Positions 10,504 to 19,450 of a stretch of 64,000 nucleotides of DNA are shown in pieces; position 1 is the stretch's first letter; each line of letters starts with the position of its first letter. Position numbers and translations under genes: made by a program. The notes under the pieces were generated by a model. It worked only from the letters and a program-made list of their open reading frames with translations, had not been told where the DNA came from and ran no database searches. Where the stretch lies: contig JBGFRR010000074.1 of the NCBI GenBank assembly GCA_041695045.1, forward strand, positions 42,776-106,775, given 5' to 3'. This DNA comes from Bacteroidota bacterium. Its GTDB lineage: Bacteria > Bacteroidota > Ignavibacteria > UBA10030.

Positions 10504-11073
10504 TCAGTCGAGTTTGAGCTTTTTGAGTTTCGGTCTGATGACAAACGCACAATACGGCGCGTTCGGATTGTTGCGGTAATAATCTTGATGATAGTTCTCA
10601 GCTTTATAAAACGCGGTGAGGGGCTGGATTTCCGTCACGATCGGATCCCTGAACTGTTTTTGTGCAGCACGCTTGGATTGTTCCGCGATCGTCTTTTGTT
10701 TCTCATCGTGATAGAAAATGACCGAGCGATATTGTGTTCCAACATCTGCCCCCTGCCGGTTGACCGTCGTTGGATCGTGCGCTTGCCAGAACATCTCGAG
10801 CAGCTGTTCGTAGGTGATCTTCGAGGGGTCGTAGGTGATGTGCGCAACCTCAGCGTGGCCGGTCGTGCCGGTGCAGACTTCTTCGTAGGTGGGGTTCGGC
10901 TTGTGGCCGCCGGCATATCCGGAAACGACGGAGATGACACCGGGAAGTCGTTCGAAGACTGCTTCGACACACCAGAAACATCCGCCGCCGAGCGTGGCTT
11001 GTTCGGTTTGAGCCATCGGTTTGTCCTTTTGGTATACCTGAAAAAGAATGGTCGCAAGAAAAACAACAATCAT
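10504..11073 (-). CDS. msrA: Peptide methionine sulfoxide reductase MsrA (with N-terminal hydrophobic segment)
   Basis: GGGCFWCVEAVFERLPGV active-site motif. The start is uncertain, either MIVVF at 11073 or MAQTEQ at 11016. Confidence 0.88.
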   Translation of the reverse strand: MIVVFLATILFQVYQKDKPMAQTEQATLGGGCFWCVEAVFERLPGVISVVSGYAGGHKPNPTYEEVCTGTTGHAEVAHITYDPSKITYEQLLEMFWQAHDPTTVNRQGADVGTQYRSVIFYHDEKQKTIAEQSKRAAQKQFRDPIVTEIQPLTAFYKAENYHQDYYRNNPNAPYCAFVIRPKLKKLKLD

Positions 11074-11166
11074 AACACTTCCTCGATGAATTGGGATGAG
11101 GGGAAAACGCTGTGCGCGCCCGACTTGTTCCCGGAAGGATATTTCGAGGGCAGAGTGGTAGAACAC

Positions 11167-12105
11167 TCAGCGGGTAAAGAGATGCTTCACCACAAACGCA
11201 ACATTTGCCGGACGCTCAGCCAAACGCCGCATATACCATGGGAACCAGTAGGAACCGTAGCTAATGAGCACGCGCACGCGATACCCCTCTCGAACAAGCC
11301 GCACCTGCTCTTCTGATTGAATCCCGTAGAGCATCTGAATTTCGTACACACAGCGGTCGATTCCAGCCTCTCGACTTTTCTCATCGATGCGTCGCAAAAG
11401 CGGGATGTCATGCGTCGCAATCCCAAGCCGCGCGCCATGTTCCTTCGCGGCCATCAGAAGTTCCATCGCGAGCATAAAAAAATTTTCATCAACATCACGC
11501 TTAGAAGGAAAAACCCTGTCGCTCGGCTCGGCGTACGCGCCCTTCACAAGCCGGATGGAGGGCGCGAGCGGCATGAGCATATGCAGGTCTGCCGCAGTAC
11601 GATAGAGATACGCCTGCAAACACAACCCTACATTCGTGCGAGACGCCCTTGCTCTCATAAAGAGTGAGAGCGTCCGGTCAACATACTCGCTGCTCTCCAT
11701 ATCGACCCAAACCATGCTGTTTGACTTTGCCGCGCGGTCGAGAATTCTCAACAGCAAACGCTCACAAAGCTCCTCGCTGAGGTCGAGACCAAGCTGTGTC
11801 GGTTTGAGGGAGATCTCCGCGTCGAAGCCGCGCTGGCGGACGCGCTCCAGAACGTCAAGATAATGATTGCAGACCGCCACTGCTTCTTCTTCGTGTGTGA
11901 AATTCTCACCCAGCAGGGTGAGAAGCGTTGGAATTTGTTTCGACCGGAGCCCTTCAGCGGCGTTCAATGCGTCGTCAATTTCTTCGCCGGGCATGAACCG
12001 CTTGACCGCTCGCTTCACAAAGCCGAACTTCGGCAACGCGTTGTGGAGAGTCGGGTTGCGTGAAGCCCAAAGCAGTACGCTCCGCATGAGTCCCATAGCG
12101 TGCAC
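11167..12105 (-). CDS. Proline dehydrogenase
   Basis: 312-aa PutA-like ProDH TIM-barrel with conserved motifs (LKPTQLGLD, VWVDMESSEY, IRLVKGAY, GIATHD). Confidence 0.85.
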   Translation of the reverse strand: MHAMGLMRSVLLWASRNPTLHNALPKFGFVKRAVKRFMPGEEIDDALNAAEGLRSKQIPTLLTLLGENFTHEEEAVAVCNHYLDVLERVRQRGFDAEISLKPTQLGLDLSEELCERLLLRILDRAAKSNSMVWVDMESSEYVDRTLSLFMRARASRTNVGLCLQAYLYRTAADLHMLMPLAPSIRLVKGAYAEPSDRVFPSKRDVDENFFMLAMELLMAAKEHGARLGIATHDIPLLRRIDEKSREAGIDRCVYEIQMLYGIQSEEQVRLVREGYRVRVLISYGSYWFPWYMRRLAERPANVAFVVKHLFTR

Positions 12106-12150
12106 CTTATGGTCTGAAAGTGAAATCGACCGACCAGCCAGCGAGATTCA

Positions 12151-13344
12151 TCATTGAATATCTGGGGGAATTGAAAAGTCCGATGCGTCAAGAATCAGGT
12201 CTCGCATTCGCTCTCGCTTGACCCATACCTCAACCATGCCGAAGATTCCTTGCGTAAATCGTTTGATGGACACGTATCCTTTTCGATGCATGTCGTACAC
12301 AACGGCATTAGGTGGCATACCAACCTGAGGCGGGAGGTCAGAGAGAATGACAACATCGGGATGACGCTTCATCACCGGACTTTCAGCCGGCCCTCCCGGT
12401 CTTCCATCACGCACCCATCGAGCCTGCTCGGCATCGGTCAGCCCTAACAAATCCCACACGACGAATCGGTTCATTGCATAGCTCATTCCCCCCAAACGGA
12501 CGGCAGCGACTGTTGCACTGGGACGTATACGCTCGTCCAGCCATCGTCCTGCCTCCACCAAACTTTCTGCGCGCATCACGGGAGCGTACATATCGTTGCG
12601 GATGTACTCCAACACTGAAGGCCGCCATGCAAACACCGCAGAGGCAAGGAAGCCGATCACTGCCACAACGTGAATTCCACGCCGAAGGACCGGCGTTACG
12701 TGCTCACTCAGCACATCAAGCAGTTTGACAAGACGCATCCCGACCGCCAATGCAACGAGCGGTACCACCGGCACAACGAACCGGCCAAACATCATCCAAT
12801 CCCCTTCGGTATAGACTACAAAGATCAAACACGCGATAACGACTGCCAGAACTTGCCGCTCAAGCAGCGTTCTATCGGACTTCAGTTTCAAAACAAGAAG
12901 CAGTGTGAGGAAAACCACTCCGCCAAATGCAAGAATCCACGGCATCAGATAACTGATTGTATCGGTAAGGTCGGGAAAGAGCCCTGGCGGTTTGGCAACC
13001 GCGGTATTTGGGAGCCAAGCTCCGTAGTAGGACAGCCTGAAGGCCTGCCATACCGTAAACGGAGTGACGACGATGAGTGCCGGCAAGAATTCTTCCTTCA
13101 GTACACGAGAGAGACCCTTCTACGACGGAATTGTCGCCAGAGACCAGAGCATCGCATAGAGCGCTCCTTCAGGACGCGTAACCGACACGAGTCCATGTCC
13201 ATGAGAGAGATTCCACGCATACCGGAAACTAATGTAAGCGTCATCGGCCACATGCGGCCAGAGGTACAACTGAAGCAGCAGAACGACAAGCAGAGCAGCA
13301 AGAAGGCAAAGCGCTGTCTTCTTGCGTTCGGCAGTGTGCATCAT
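12151..13344 (-). pseudogene. Polytopic membrane protein (GT-C-like glycosyltransferase family, DDAYISFRYA motif) interrupted by an in-frame TAG
   Basis: ORFs 13120..13344 and 12151..13086 are in the same frame, separated by one TAG at 13120-13122 and 11 sense codons. The N-terminal part carries DDAYISFRYAWNLSHGHGLV and the remainder is multi-TM. The family assignment is tentative. Confidence 0.45.
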
Positions 13345-13712
13345 GAGGTCGATGACGAAGCGGTGGTGAGCGATTGTTGGGGAAGGAATATAGAGCTTTC
13401 CTCAGTGAGTTTCCAGCATTCTTTCGATGACGCAATGCGTAGTGCTTTTGCATCTGAAATAAACTGTAGATTTCATTAGGAATTGATCCGAAGAAATCCT
13501 ATCTTAACATCGTCAAACAACGGTACTCCCTCTATACTCCTTCAAGACGTTCCTGCTTCGGTAGGACCCTCTTACGATCAACTGCTGAACCGAACACCTT
13601 TCCAGGTTGCGCCGTCATCAGTGAGAAGAAGTGGGGCATCAGCCCGTAGATGTGGCGTACACCCTGCCCGACGGTTTGTTGGGTTCATCAATATCAAGAA
13701 AGGACGTGTTCC

Positions 13713-13913
13713 ATGGAAAAAGGAACAGTCAAGTGGTTCAACGCAGCCAAAGGTTACGGATTCATTTCACGCTCGGGTGGTGAGGATGTGTTCGTGCACT
13801 ACAAGGCCATCGCCGGTAACGGATATAAAAGTCTGAACGAAGGCGACAACGTGGAGTTCGAGGTCGAGCGAGGCCCGAAGGGCTTTCAGGCCAACAACGT
13901 TTCCGTCGTCTAA
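13713..13913 (+). CDS. cspA: Cold-shock protein CspA family
   Basis: [35 protein letters not shown]... carries RNP1 and RNP2 motifs. AAGGA Shine-Dalgarno at -8. A long 5' leader, typical of csp genes, precedes it. Confidence 0.95.
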   Translation: MEKGTVKWFNAAKGYGFISRSGGEDVFVHYKAIAGNGYKSLNEGDNVEFEVERGPKGFQANNVSVV

Positions 13914-13934
13914 GACTGGACTCGAACCACAAAG

Positions 13935-13972
13935 AACCCCGCTCCCGATTCGTTCGGGGCGGGGTTTGTTAT
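13935..13972 (+). terminator. Rho-independent terminator downstream of cspA
   Basis: GC-rich hairpin ccccgctcccg-attcgtt-cggggcgggg followed by tttgttatt. Confidence 0.7.
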
Positions 13973-14019
13973 TCGGTGCTGTTACGAAGAACCATTTCTT
14001 TACGGTTATGGATGCAAAA

Positions 14020-14300
14020 AGTCTCCCACGCCCTTTCTCATTCCTTCCAGAATGGTCGGGTCTGGAGACCCGACCTACAAATGCTTGCACGCGAAAAAAA
14101 TCGTAAGACGGAACTCAACTTCCCCTCATCCCGCTTGGAAAAAACAGCGGGACACAATAAACGTGGGGGAAGGAATGCTTCGCCCACACACATGTCGTCC
14201 CCCTCGTAGGGGGGACCTGCCTGCCGGCAGGCAGGCGGGGAGCGCTTTTCAGCGACGCAGGGGGTCTCACACCGTGCTGCAAAATACACCATCTCGTTGT
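14020..14300. repeat. Hairpin-rich intergenic repeat region (family shared with 43530-43830)
   Basis: A series of hairpins (gtcgggtctggagacccgac; tcccgcttggaaaaaacagcggga; tccccctcgtaggggga) and the 20-nt palindrome CCTGCCTGCCGGCAGGCAGG at 14216-14235. The motifs ttccagaatg, atcccgcttg...agcgggac and aacgtggg...cctgcctgccggcaggcaggcgg are shared with the region upstream of tRNA-Pro. Confidence 0.6.
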
Positions 14301-14349
14301 TGACACGGCACTAACTTCATGACAAAGCCCCTTTAGGATTATATGAATC

Positions 14350-14946
14350 CTACCTGAACCCCTTTATCTGCTGAGCTATGCCGGCAACACGCCTCCCCAA
14401 CGCCTCTCCCTTGCGCAGGAAATGTTCATCGACCGTATCGCTGCGAAACGGCTGTTCATCGGTGATTGCCGATGCCCCGAATGCACTACGCCAATCTTCT
14501 CCGCCAACAACAATCATCCCGAAGATTAACATCGAATGAAGGATGCTGAGCTGGACAAGCTCCTCACCCGCCGAAATTCCTCCGCCCGTTACAAACGCAG
14601 CGCCGATCTTGTTTTTCATCGGACTCCCCTTGAACGGCCACCGGTTGATGAACTCCTGAACCTGCGGTGCAACCGCGGCATTGTAGACCGGACTTCCAAC
14701 GATGATCGCATCGGCGGCGTGGAGCTCGTCCATCGTCACATCGGACACCGACTTAAGGATAACGTGAGAACCCTCGACAGACCGTGCGCCGTTGGCAACG
14801 GCTTCAGCCATCGCGCGAGTGTTGCCGGTTACAGAATAGTAGCAGACAAGAATGCGGGGGGCTTGCTCTTTCTCAACAAACGAGCCCGGCTGTGAGAACA
14901 ACAAGACAGGAACAAAAAGAAGCGCAACAACAAGTCGAGTAACCAT
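14350..14946 (-). CDS. Flavodoxin-like fold FMN-dependent oxidoreductase (WrbA/flavodoxin family) with N-terminal signal/anchor sequence
   Basis: ILVCYYSVTGNTRAMAEAV flavodoxin signature with FMN-binding loops, preceded by the hydrophobic N-terminus MVTRLVVALLFVPVLLFSQP. Start taken at the MVTRL methionine. Confidence 0.75.
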   Translation of the reverse strand: MVTRLVVALLFVPVLLFSQPGSFVEKEQAPRILVCYYSVTGNTRAMAEAVANGARSVEGSHVILKSVSDVTMDELHAADAIIVGSPVYNAAVAPQVQEFINRWPFKGSPMKNKIGAAFVTGGGISAGEELVQLSILHSMLIFGMIVVGGEDWRSAFGASAITDEQPFRSDTVDEHFLRKGEALGRRVAGIAQQIKGFR

Positions 14947-14974
14947 GTATGTCCCAGAGGATTTTTCGAGAAGA

Positions 14975-15062
14975 AGTCCCAAGGTGGCACACGTTAACGA
15001 ACGAAGTGAAGTTAACTTGTCTGCCACTTTGCGGATCCCGCCGCTTCATGGCAGGAGAAACC
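14975..15062. repeat. Copy 1 of a duplicated ~90-bp structured element (GTTAAC-N12-GTTAAC core)
   Basis: agtcccaaggtggcacacgttaacgaacgaagtgaagttaacttgtctgccactttgcggatcccg... is about 75% identical to copy 2, with compensatory substitutions in the stem flanking the GTTAAC boxes. Confidence 0.6.
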
Positions 15063-15120
15063 AATCATGCAGTGCCTCCGAGGGGATTCCCCGACAAAAA
15101 GCGTCGGGGACACGCGGTTT

Positions 15121-15210
15121 AGTCCCAAAGTGGCATGAGTTAACGAGCGTTGCAAAGTTAACTCATATGCCAATTTGCGGATCCCGTTCGTTTCGTGAAC
15201 GGGAAAACCC
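15121..15210. repeat. Copy 2 of duplicated structured element
   Basis: agtcccaaagtggcatgagttaacgagcgttgcaaagttaactcatatgccaatttgcggatcccgttcgtttcgtgaacgggaaaaccc. It contains the perfect stem catgagttaac/gttaactcatatg and the hairpin cccgttc-gtttcgt-gaacggg. Confidence 0.6.
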
Positions 15211-15217
15211 GCTTCTC

Positions 15218-15295
15218 TGGTAGCCCCGAGAGGACTCGAACCTCCAACCAAAGGTTTAGGAAACCTCTGCTCTATCCATATTGAGCTACGGGGCC
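15218..15295 (-). tRNA. tRNA-Arg (anticodon CCT), CCA encoded
   Basis: Reverse complement GGCCCCGTAGCTCAATATGGATAGAGCAGAGGTTTCCTAAACCTTTGGTTGGAGGTTCGAGTCCTCTCGGGGCTACCA folds as a cloverleaf. Anticodon loop TTCCTAA, T-loop TTCGAGT. Confidence 0.9.
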
Positions 15296-15355
15296 AAAGT
15301 TATGATCGATGCGTGCCGTAACACGCAAATGTACGAAACATTTCCCACAAGACAA

Positions 15356-17569
15356 TCACCGCACCCTCTTCAGGTACAGGATTCCGAGTGGGGGGAGTAC
15401 CAGGTTCAGCGAATGCTCACGCCCATGCGATACAATGGGCTCAGTCGTAAGCTCACCACCGTTGCCGACGTTGCTTCCCCAGTAGTACCACGAGTCGCTG
15501 TTTAACAGCTCCACGTATGTTCCCGGACTTGGAACGCCAACGCGATAGCCCATCCTCGGAACAGGAGTGAAGTTGCACACAACGAGAATCGAATTCCCAG
15601 CATCTAATCCCTTCCGAAGAAACGAGATAACACTACTGGCCTTATCCCGAAAATCGACCCATTCAAATCCGGTGTAGTGGAAATCAATTTCATACAGGCA
15701 TGGCTCATTCTTGTAGACGGCATTGAGGTCGTCGACCCATTTGAGCAGTCCTTTGTGTGAGTTGTAGACAAGCACGTGCCAGTCGAGCGACGTTTCATGG
15801 TTCCACTCACGCCACTGACCGAACTCGTCTCCCATGAACAAGAGCTTCTTGCCGGGATACGCAAACATGAACCCGTAGAGAAGCCGAAGGTTTGCAAACT
15901 TCTGCCATTCATCGCCGGGCATCTTGCCAATCATCGAACCCTTACCGTGAACCACCTCATCATGCGAAAACGGCAACACAAACCGCTCACTGAACGCATA
16001 GAGCAGGCCGAACGTCAACTCGTTGTGATGATATTTGCGATGAATGGGATCATTGGAAAAATACTTCAGCGTGTCGTGCATCCAGCCCATGTTCCATTTC
16101 AGGTCGAAGCCTAATCCTCCATACTCCGGATTTCTTGTCACTCCCGGCCACGCAGTGGATTCCTCAGCAATCATCAGAACATCGGGATGATACTGATGAA
16201 TGACGCTATCCAGATGACGCAAGAAGTCGATCGCCTCAAGGTTTTCACGACCGCCGTACTGATTGGGAATCCATTCGCCTTCCTTGCGAGAATAATCCAG
16301 ATACAGCATCGATGCAACGGCGTCGATACGGAGTCCATCGATATGATACTTTGAGAGCCAAAACAGTGCATTGCTGATGAGAAAATTCTTAACCTCATTG
16401 CGTCCATAGTTGAAGATGTAGCTGCGCCAATCCGGATGAAACCCCTTGCGCGGGTCTGCGTGCTCGTAGAGATGCGTGCCGTCGAACTGTGCCAACCCAT
16501 GCGAGTCCGTTGGAAAGTGCGCCGGTACCCAATCTAATATCACACCGATGCCGTGTTGATGACACTGATCGATCAGGTACATAAAGTCCGCAGGCGTGCC
16601 ATACCGACTCGTCGGAGCAAAGTATCCTGTAACTTGATATCCCCACGAAGCATCATGCGGATGTTCCATGACCGGCATCAGCTCGATGTGCGTAAAACCA
16701 TGCTGGAAAACATAGGGAATGAGTCGATCCGCAAGCTCCCGATAGGTGAGCCAGCGGTTGCCATCCTCCGGGACACGCGCCCACGAGCCGAGATGAACTT
16801 CATAGATGGATATCGGTCGCGCAAGATGGTCGGTTGTTGACCTTCGATGCAGCCACTCGGCATCGTTCCATGTATAGTGCGTCGATGCCGCAACACGAGA
16901 AGCCGTCCGCGGTCGATGTTCCATCTCAAAGCCATACGGATCGGATTTGTCTAACACCACCCCACTCTTCGTCTTCACCCGAAACTTATACAGCTCTCCC
17001 TCTTGTAATTCGGGGATGAACATTCCCCACACACCCGATTCACCCAACACGCGCATCGCATGACGACGCATATCCCATCCATTGAAGTCTCCGACAACGC
17101 TCACGCTTTTCGCGTTCGGTGCCCACACAGCAAATCGAACCCCCTGCACACCATCAACGACATCCAAATGCGCGCCCAACTTTTCATAAATCCGATGATG
17201 GTCGCCTGCGCGAAAGAGATAGAGGTCGAAATCAGTTAAGGTTGGGAGAAACGCATACGGGTCATAGAAAGTAACTTCCCCCCATGGGAAGCATGCCCTC
17301 ACTCGATACCGAAGTGGAAACGAGGCATCGTGGAGGAGCGTTTCGAACAAGCCGGCATCATGCACACGGTGCATGGGAACTTCACTCTGCACTCCTGCGT
17401 CATTTCGCACAACGAATGCCTCGCTTGCATCGGGAAGATATGCTCGAACGGCAATGGCATCCTGCCCATTATGCGAAACACTATGACTCCCAAGCACCTG
17501 AAACGGGTCATGGTGTTCACCATGGATGATCTTCCGGATGTCTGTGGGTGATACGGTGGACATGATCAT
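15356..17569 (-). CDS. glgB: 1,4-alpha-glucan branching enzyme
   Basis: 737 aa, GH13 catalytic domain ([19 protein letters not shown]) with N-terminal CBM48-like region. Confidence 0.95.
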   Translation of the reverse strand: MIMSTVSPTDIRKIIHGEHHDPFQVLGSHSVSHNGQDAIAVRAYLPDASEAFVVRNDAGVQSEVPMHRVHDAGLFETLLHDASFPLRYRVRACFPWGEVTFYDPYAFLPTLTDFDLYLFRAGDHHRIYEKLGAHLDVVDGVQGVRFAVWAPNAKSVSVVGDFNGWDMRRHAMRVLGESGVWGMFIPELQEGELYKFRVKTKSGVVLDKSDPYGFEMEHRPRTASRVAASTHYTWNDAEWLHRRSTTDHLARPISIYEVHLGSWARVPEDGNRWLTYRELADRLIPYVFQHGFTHIELMPVMEHPHDASWGYQVTGYFAPTSRYGTPADFMYLIDQCHQHGIGVILDWVPAHFPTDSHGLAQFDGTHLYEHADPRKGFHPDWRSYIFNYGRNEVKNFLISNALFWLSKYHIDGLRIDAVASMLYLDYSRKEGEWIPNQYGGRENLEAIDFLRHLDSVIHQYHPDVLMIAEESTAWPGVTRNPEYGGLGFDLKWNMGWMHDTLKYFSNDPIHRKYHHNELTFGLLYAFSERFVLPFSHDEVVHGKGSMIGKMPGDEWQKFANLRLLYGFMFAYPGKKLLFMGDEFGQWREWNHETSLDWHVLVYNSHKGLLKWVDDLNAVYKNEPCLYEIDFHYTGFEWVDFRDKASSVISFLRKGLDAGNSILVVCNFTPVPRMGYRVGVPSPGTYVELLNSDSWYYWGSNVGNGGELTTEPIVSHGREHSLNLVLPPLGILYLKRVR

Positions 17570-18147
17570 CTGCGCGTTGCTCTGTAGAGTCGTTTCTTCC
17601 TGATGTAACGAGCGACAGACTCTGGCACGAGATACCGAACCGATCGGGCGTTGCGAAGATAGCTTCGAATCATGGATGAAGATACACTTACCAGCGGGCC
17701 ATCAAGCCAAATCACTGCCGTATGTCTGTTCACGCCCCTCTGCTTGTCTTCTCGTCGGTACACAACCAGCGACGCTAGATTTGCGATGTGCCGGTAGTCT
17801 TTCCATGTATCAAACGTCTTGTAGTTATCCTCGCCAATAATAAGAAAGAACCTGGCATCTGGGTACCGTTGGCGTAACTCTTTCAACGTATCAATCGTGT
17901 ACGACACTCCTCCCCTCTTGACTTCACGATCTGAGACAGTGAGCGATGGATTTCCTCGTACTGCAAGCCGTGTCATGGCAAGGCGGTCTAAGCCGCTTGC
18001 GGAAGGGCTCCCACTCTTGTGCGGGGGAAGATATGCAGGAATGAACACCACCGTGTCGAGCTTGAGCTGGACGCATGCCTGCTCGGCGATAATGAGATGT
18101 CCGACGTGCGGTGGGTCAAACGTGCCGCCTAAAATGCCAATTCTCAT
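17566..18147 (-). CDS. nadD: Nicotinate-nucleotide adenylyltransferase
   Basis: [12 protein letters not shown] (H/T)xGH nucleotidyltransferase motif, 193 aa. 4-bp overlap with glgB. Confidence 0.92.
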   Translation of the reverse strand: MRIGILGGTFDPPHVGHLIIAEQACVQLKLDTVVFIPAYLPPHKSGSPSASGLDRLAMTRLAVRGNPSLTVSDREVKRGGVSYTIDTLKELRQRYPDARFFLIIGEDNYKTFDTWKDYRHIANLASLVVYRREDKQRGVNRHTAVIWLDGPLVSVSSSMIRSYLRNARSVRYLVPESVARYIRKKRLYRATRR

Positions 18148-18157
18148 TGCCTAAGTA

Positions 18158-19273
18158 TTATCCAATGGTCTTAATTGTATCAGGACGAAGATTTAAGAGA
18201 GTTCTTACTTCTTCCAGTACGTCCGCCACTGTAATTTGCCCCATGCATTCATGAGTACCTGTCCAACATGTGAATTCATTTCCGCGGAACCGTGTTTTGT
18301 CCATCACTGTGAGAGGCGTATAGCATGGGCTGCATTCGACGCGTTTCCACATGTATCGAACTGCTCGCCCACGTGGAGCCACCAAGCGTGGATCGGACGG
18401 TCCAAACAACATGATCGTCGGTGTACCCACTGCGGCCGCAATGTGTGTCGGGCCAGAATCTCCGCCAATAAAAAGAGAACATTTTGATGCCAGGGCGATA
18501 AGACGTGGAAGTGTTGTCTTGCCTACAAGATTCAAAACTTGTTCAGGTTGCTTTACGTACGAGAGAATTTCATCATTCAACACTTTCTCCGATTCACTAC
18601 CCAGAAGAACAACCCTGTAGTGAAATTCCTGTAACAACACGTTGATGAGTTGGCCGTAACATTCGGGGTACCAACGCTTAATAGGCATCCAAGTGCCGGG
18701 GTTGTTACCTCCTCCTGCAAAGATACCTACAACAATATCCCCGTTTGCTGTCTGATGAGTGTCCAGCAAATCATGCACGACTTGAAGATCCTCTGTGCGC
18801 GGACGTAACTCTGTTTCATTTCCTGCAGCCGAAATTCCCAGGGCATCTGCCATGCTTAGGTAACGGTCAACTTCGTGCCTGTTTTCATCGAAATGTACGG
18901 TCTTCGTCAACAAAACGGTCTTATGAAAACCGATTCGAGTCTTTGCGCCGGACAGGAAAGCAAGAAAACCGAAAAAATTCCTTCGATGACCAACAACAAC
19001 CAGATCAAAATGCCTTCTTCTCAGTACAACAATCGTGGACAGTGTTTCTACAATCTTTTTTACCAAGCTTGTTCGAAACGGAGCGTCATACAGAATATAA
19101 TCATCCACAAAAGGTATACAGTCTATCAGCTCTTTGACCCAGGATGAAACAAGCATTGTGATTTGAGCATCTGGATACGCTTTCCGCAGAGAGCGTAAGG
19201 TTGGGGTAAGAAAGAGGATATCCCCAAGACAGCAGAGTTTGATCACGAGTATTTTTTTTACTGGAAACTTCAT
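18158..19273 (-). CDS. Glycosyltransferase family 9 (ADP-heptose:LPS heptosyltransferase-like)
   Basis: ILVIKLCCLGDILFLTPTLRSLRKAYPDAQITMLV is a GT9 N-terminal signature. The C-terminal half is visibly AT-richer than flanking DNA. Start taken at MKFPVKK. Confidence 0.8.
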   Translation of the reverse strand: MKFPVKKILVIKLCCLGDILFLTPTLRSLRKAYPDAQITMLVSSWVKELIDCIPFVDDYILYDAPFRTSLVKKIVETLSTIVVLRRRHFDLVVVGHRRNFFGFLAFLSGAKTRIGFHKTVLLTKTVHFDENRHEVDRYLSMADALGISAAGNETELRPRTEDLQVVHDLLDTHQTANGDIVVGIFAGGGNNPGTWMPIKRWYPECYGQLINVLLQEFHYRVVLLGSESEKVLNDEILSYVKQPEQVLNLVGKTTLPRLIALASKCSLFIGGDSGPTHIAAAVGTPTIMLFGPSDPRLVAPRGRAVRYMWKRVECSPCYTPLTVMDKTRFRGNEFTCWTGTHECMGQITVADVLEEVRTLLNLRPDTIKTIG

Positions 19274-19450
19274 TCCTTTGCGGATGTTTTTTTTGAAACT
19301 GAAGTATTTGCGTGCGTCTATCCCGATGAGTGCCATGAGGATTCTGGTTGGAATATACTCACCGCTCACGCGAAACTCAAGGAATGCCTTGAACGGCGGA
19401 GATTATTTTACTACAATAGTGTCGCATTTCCACACCAAGCACGAGCATCA

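Noticed and set aside
13120-13122. Pyrrolysine or programmed readthrough explanation for the in-frame TAG
   Set aside because: No methylamine methyltransferase context or pyl genes in the window. Nonsense mutation or sequencing error is more parsimonious.
13914-14349. RNase P RNA, tmRNA, SRP or 6S RNA in the two large intergenic regions
   Set aside because: No conserved P4/CR-I/CR-V-like motifs, no tRNA-like 3' end, no SRP domain IV motif. The regions are better described as repeat or hairpin families.
14038-15223. ORFs 14038-14292(-), 14052-14303(+), 14852-15223(+) in the repeat-rich intergenic DNA
   Set aside because: They lie across palindromes and duplicated elements, have low-complexity R/P/G-rich translations, no ribosome-binding site and no family resemblance.
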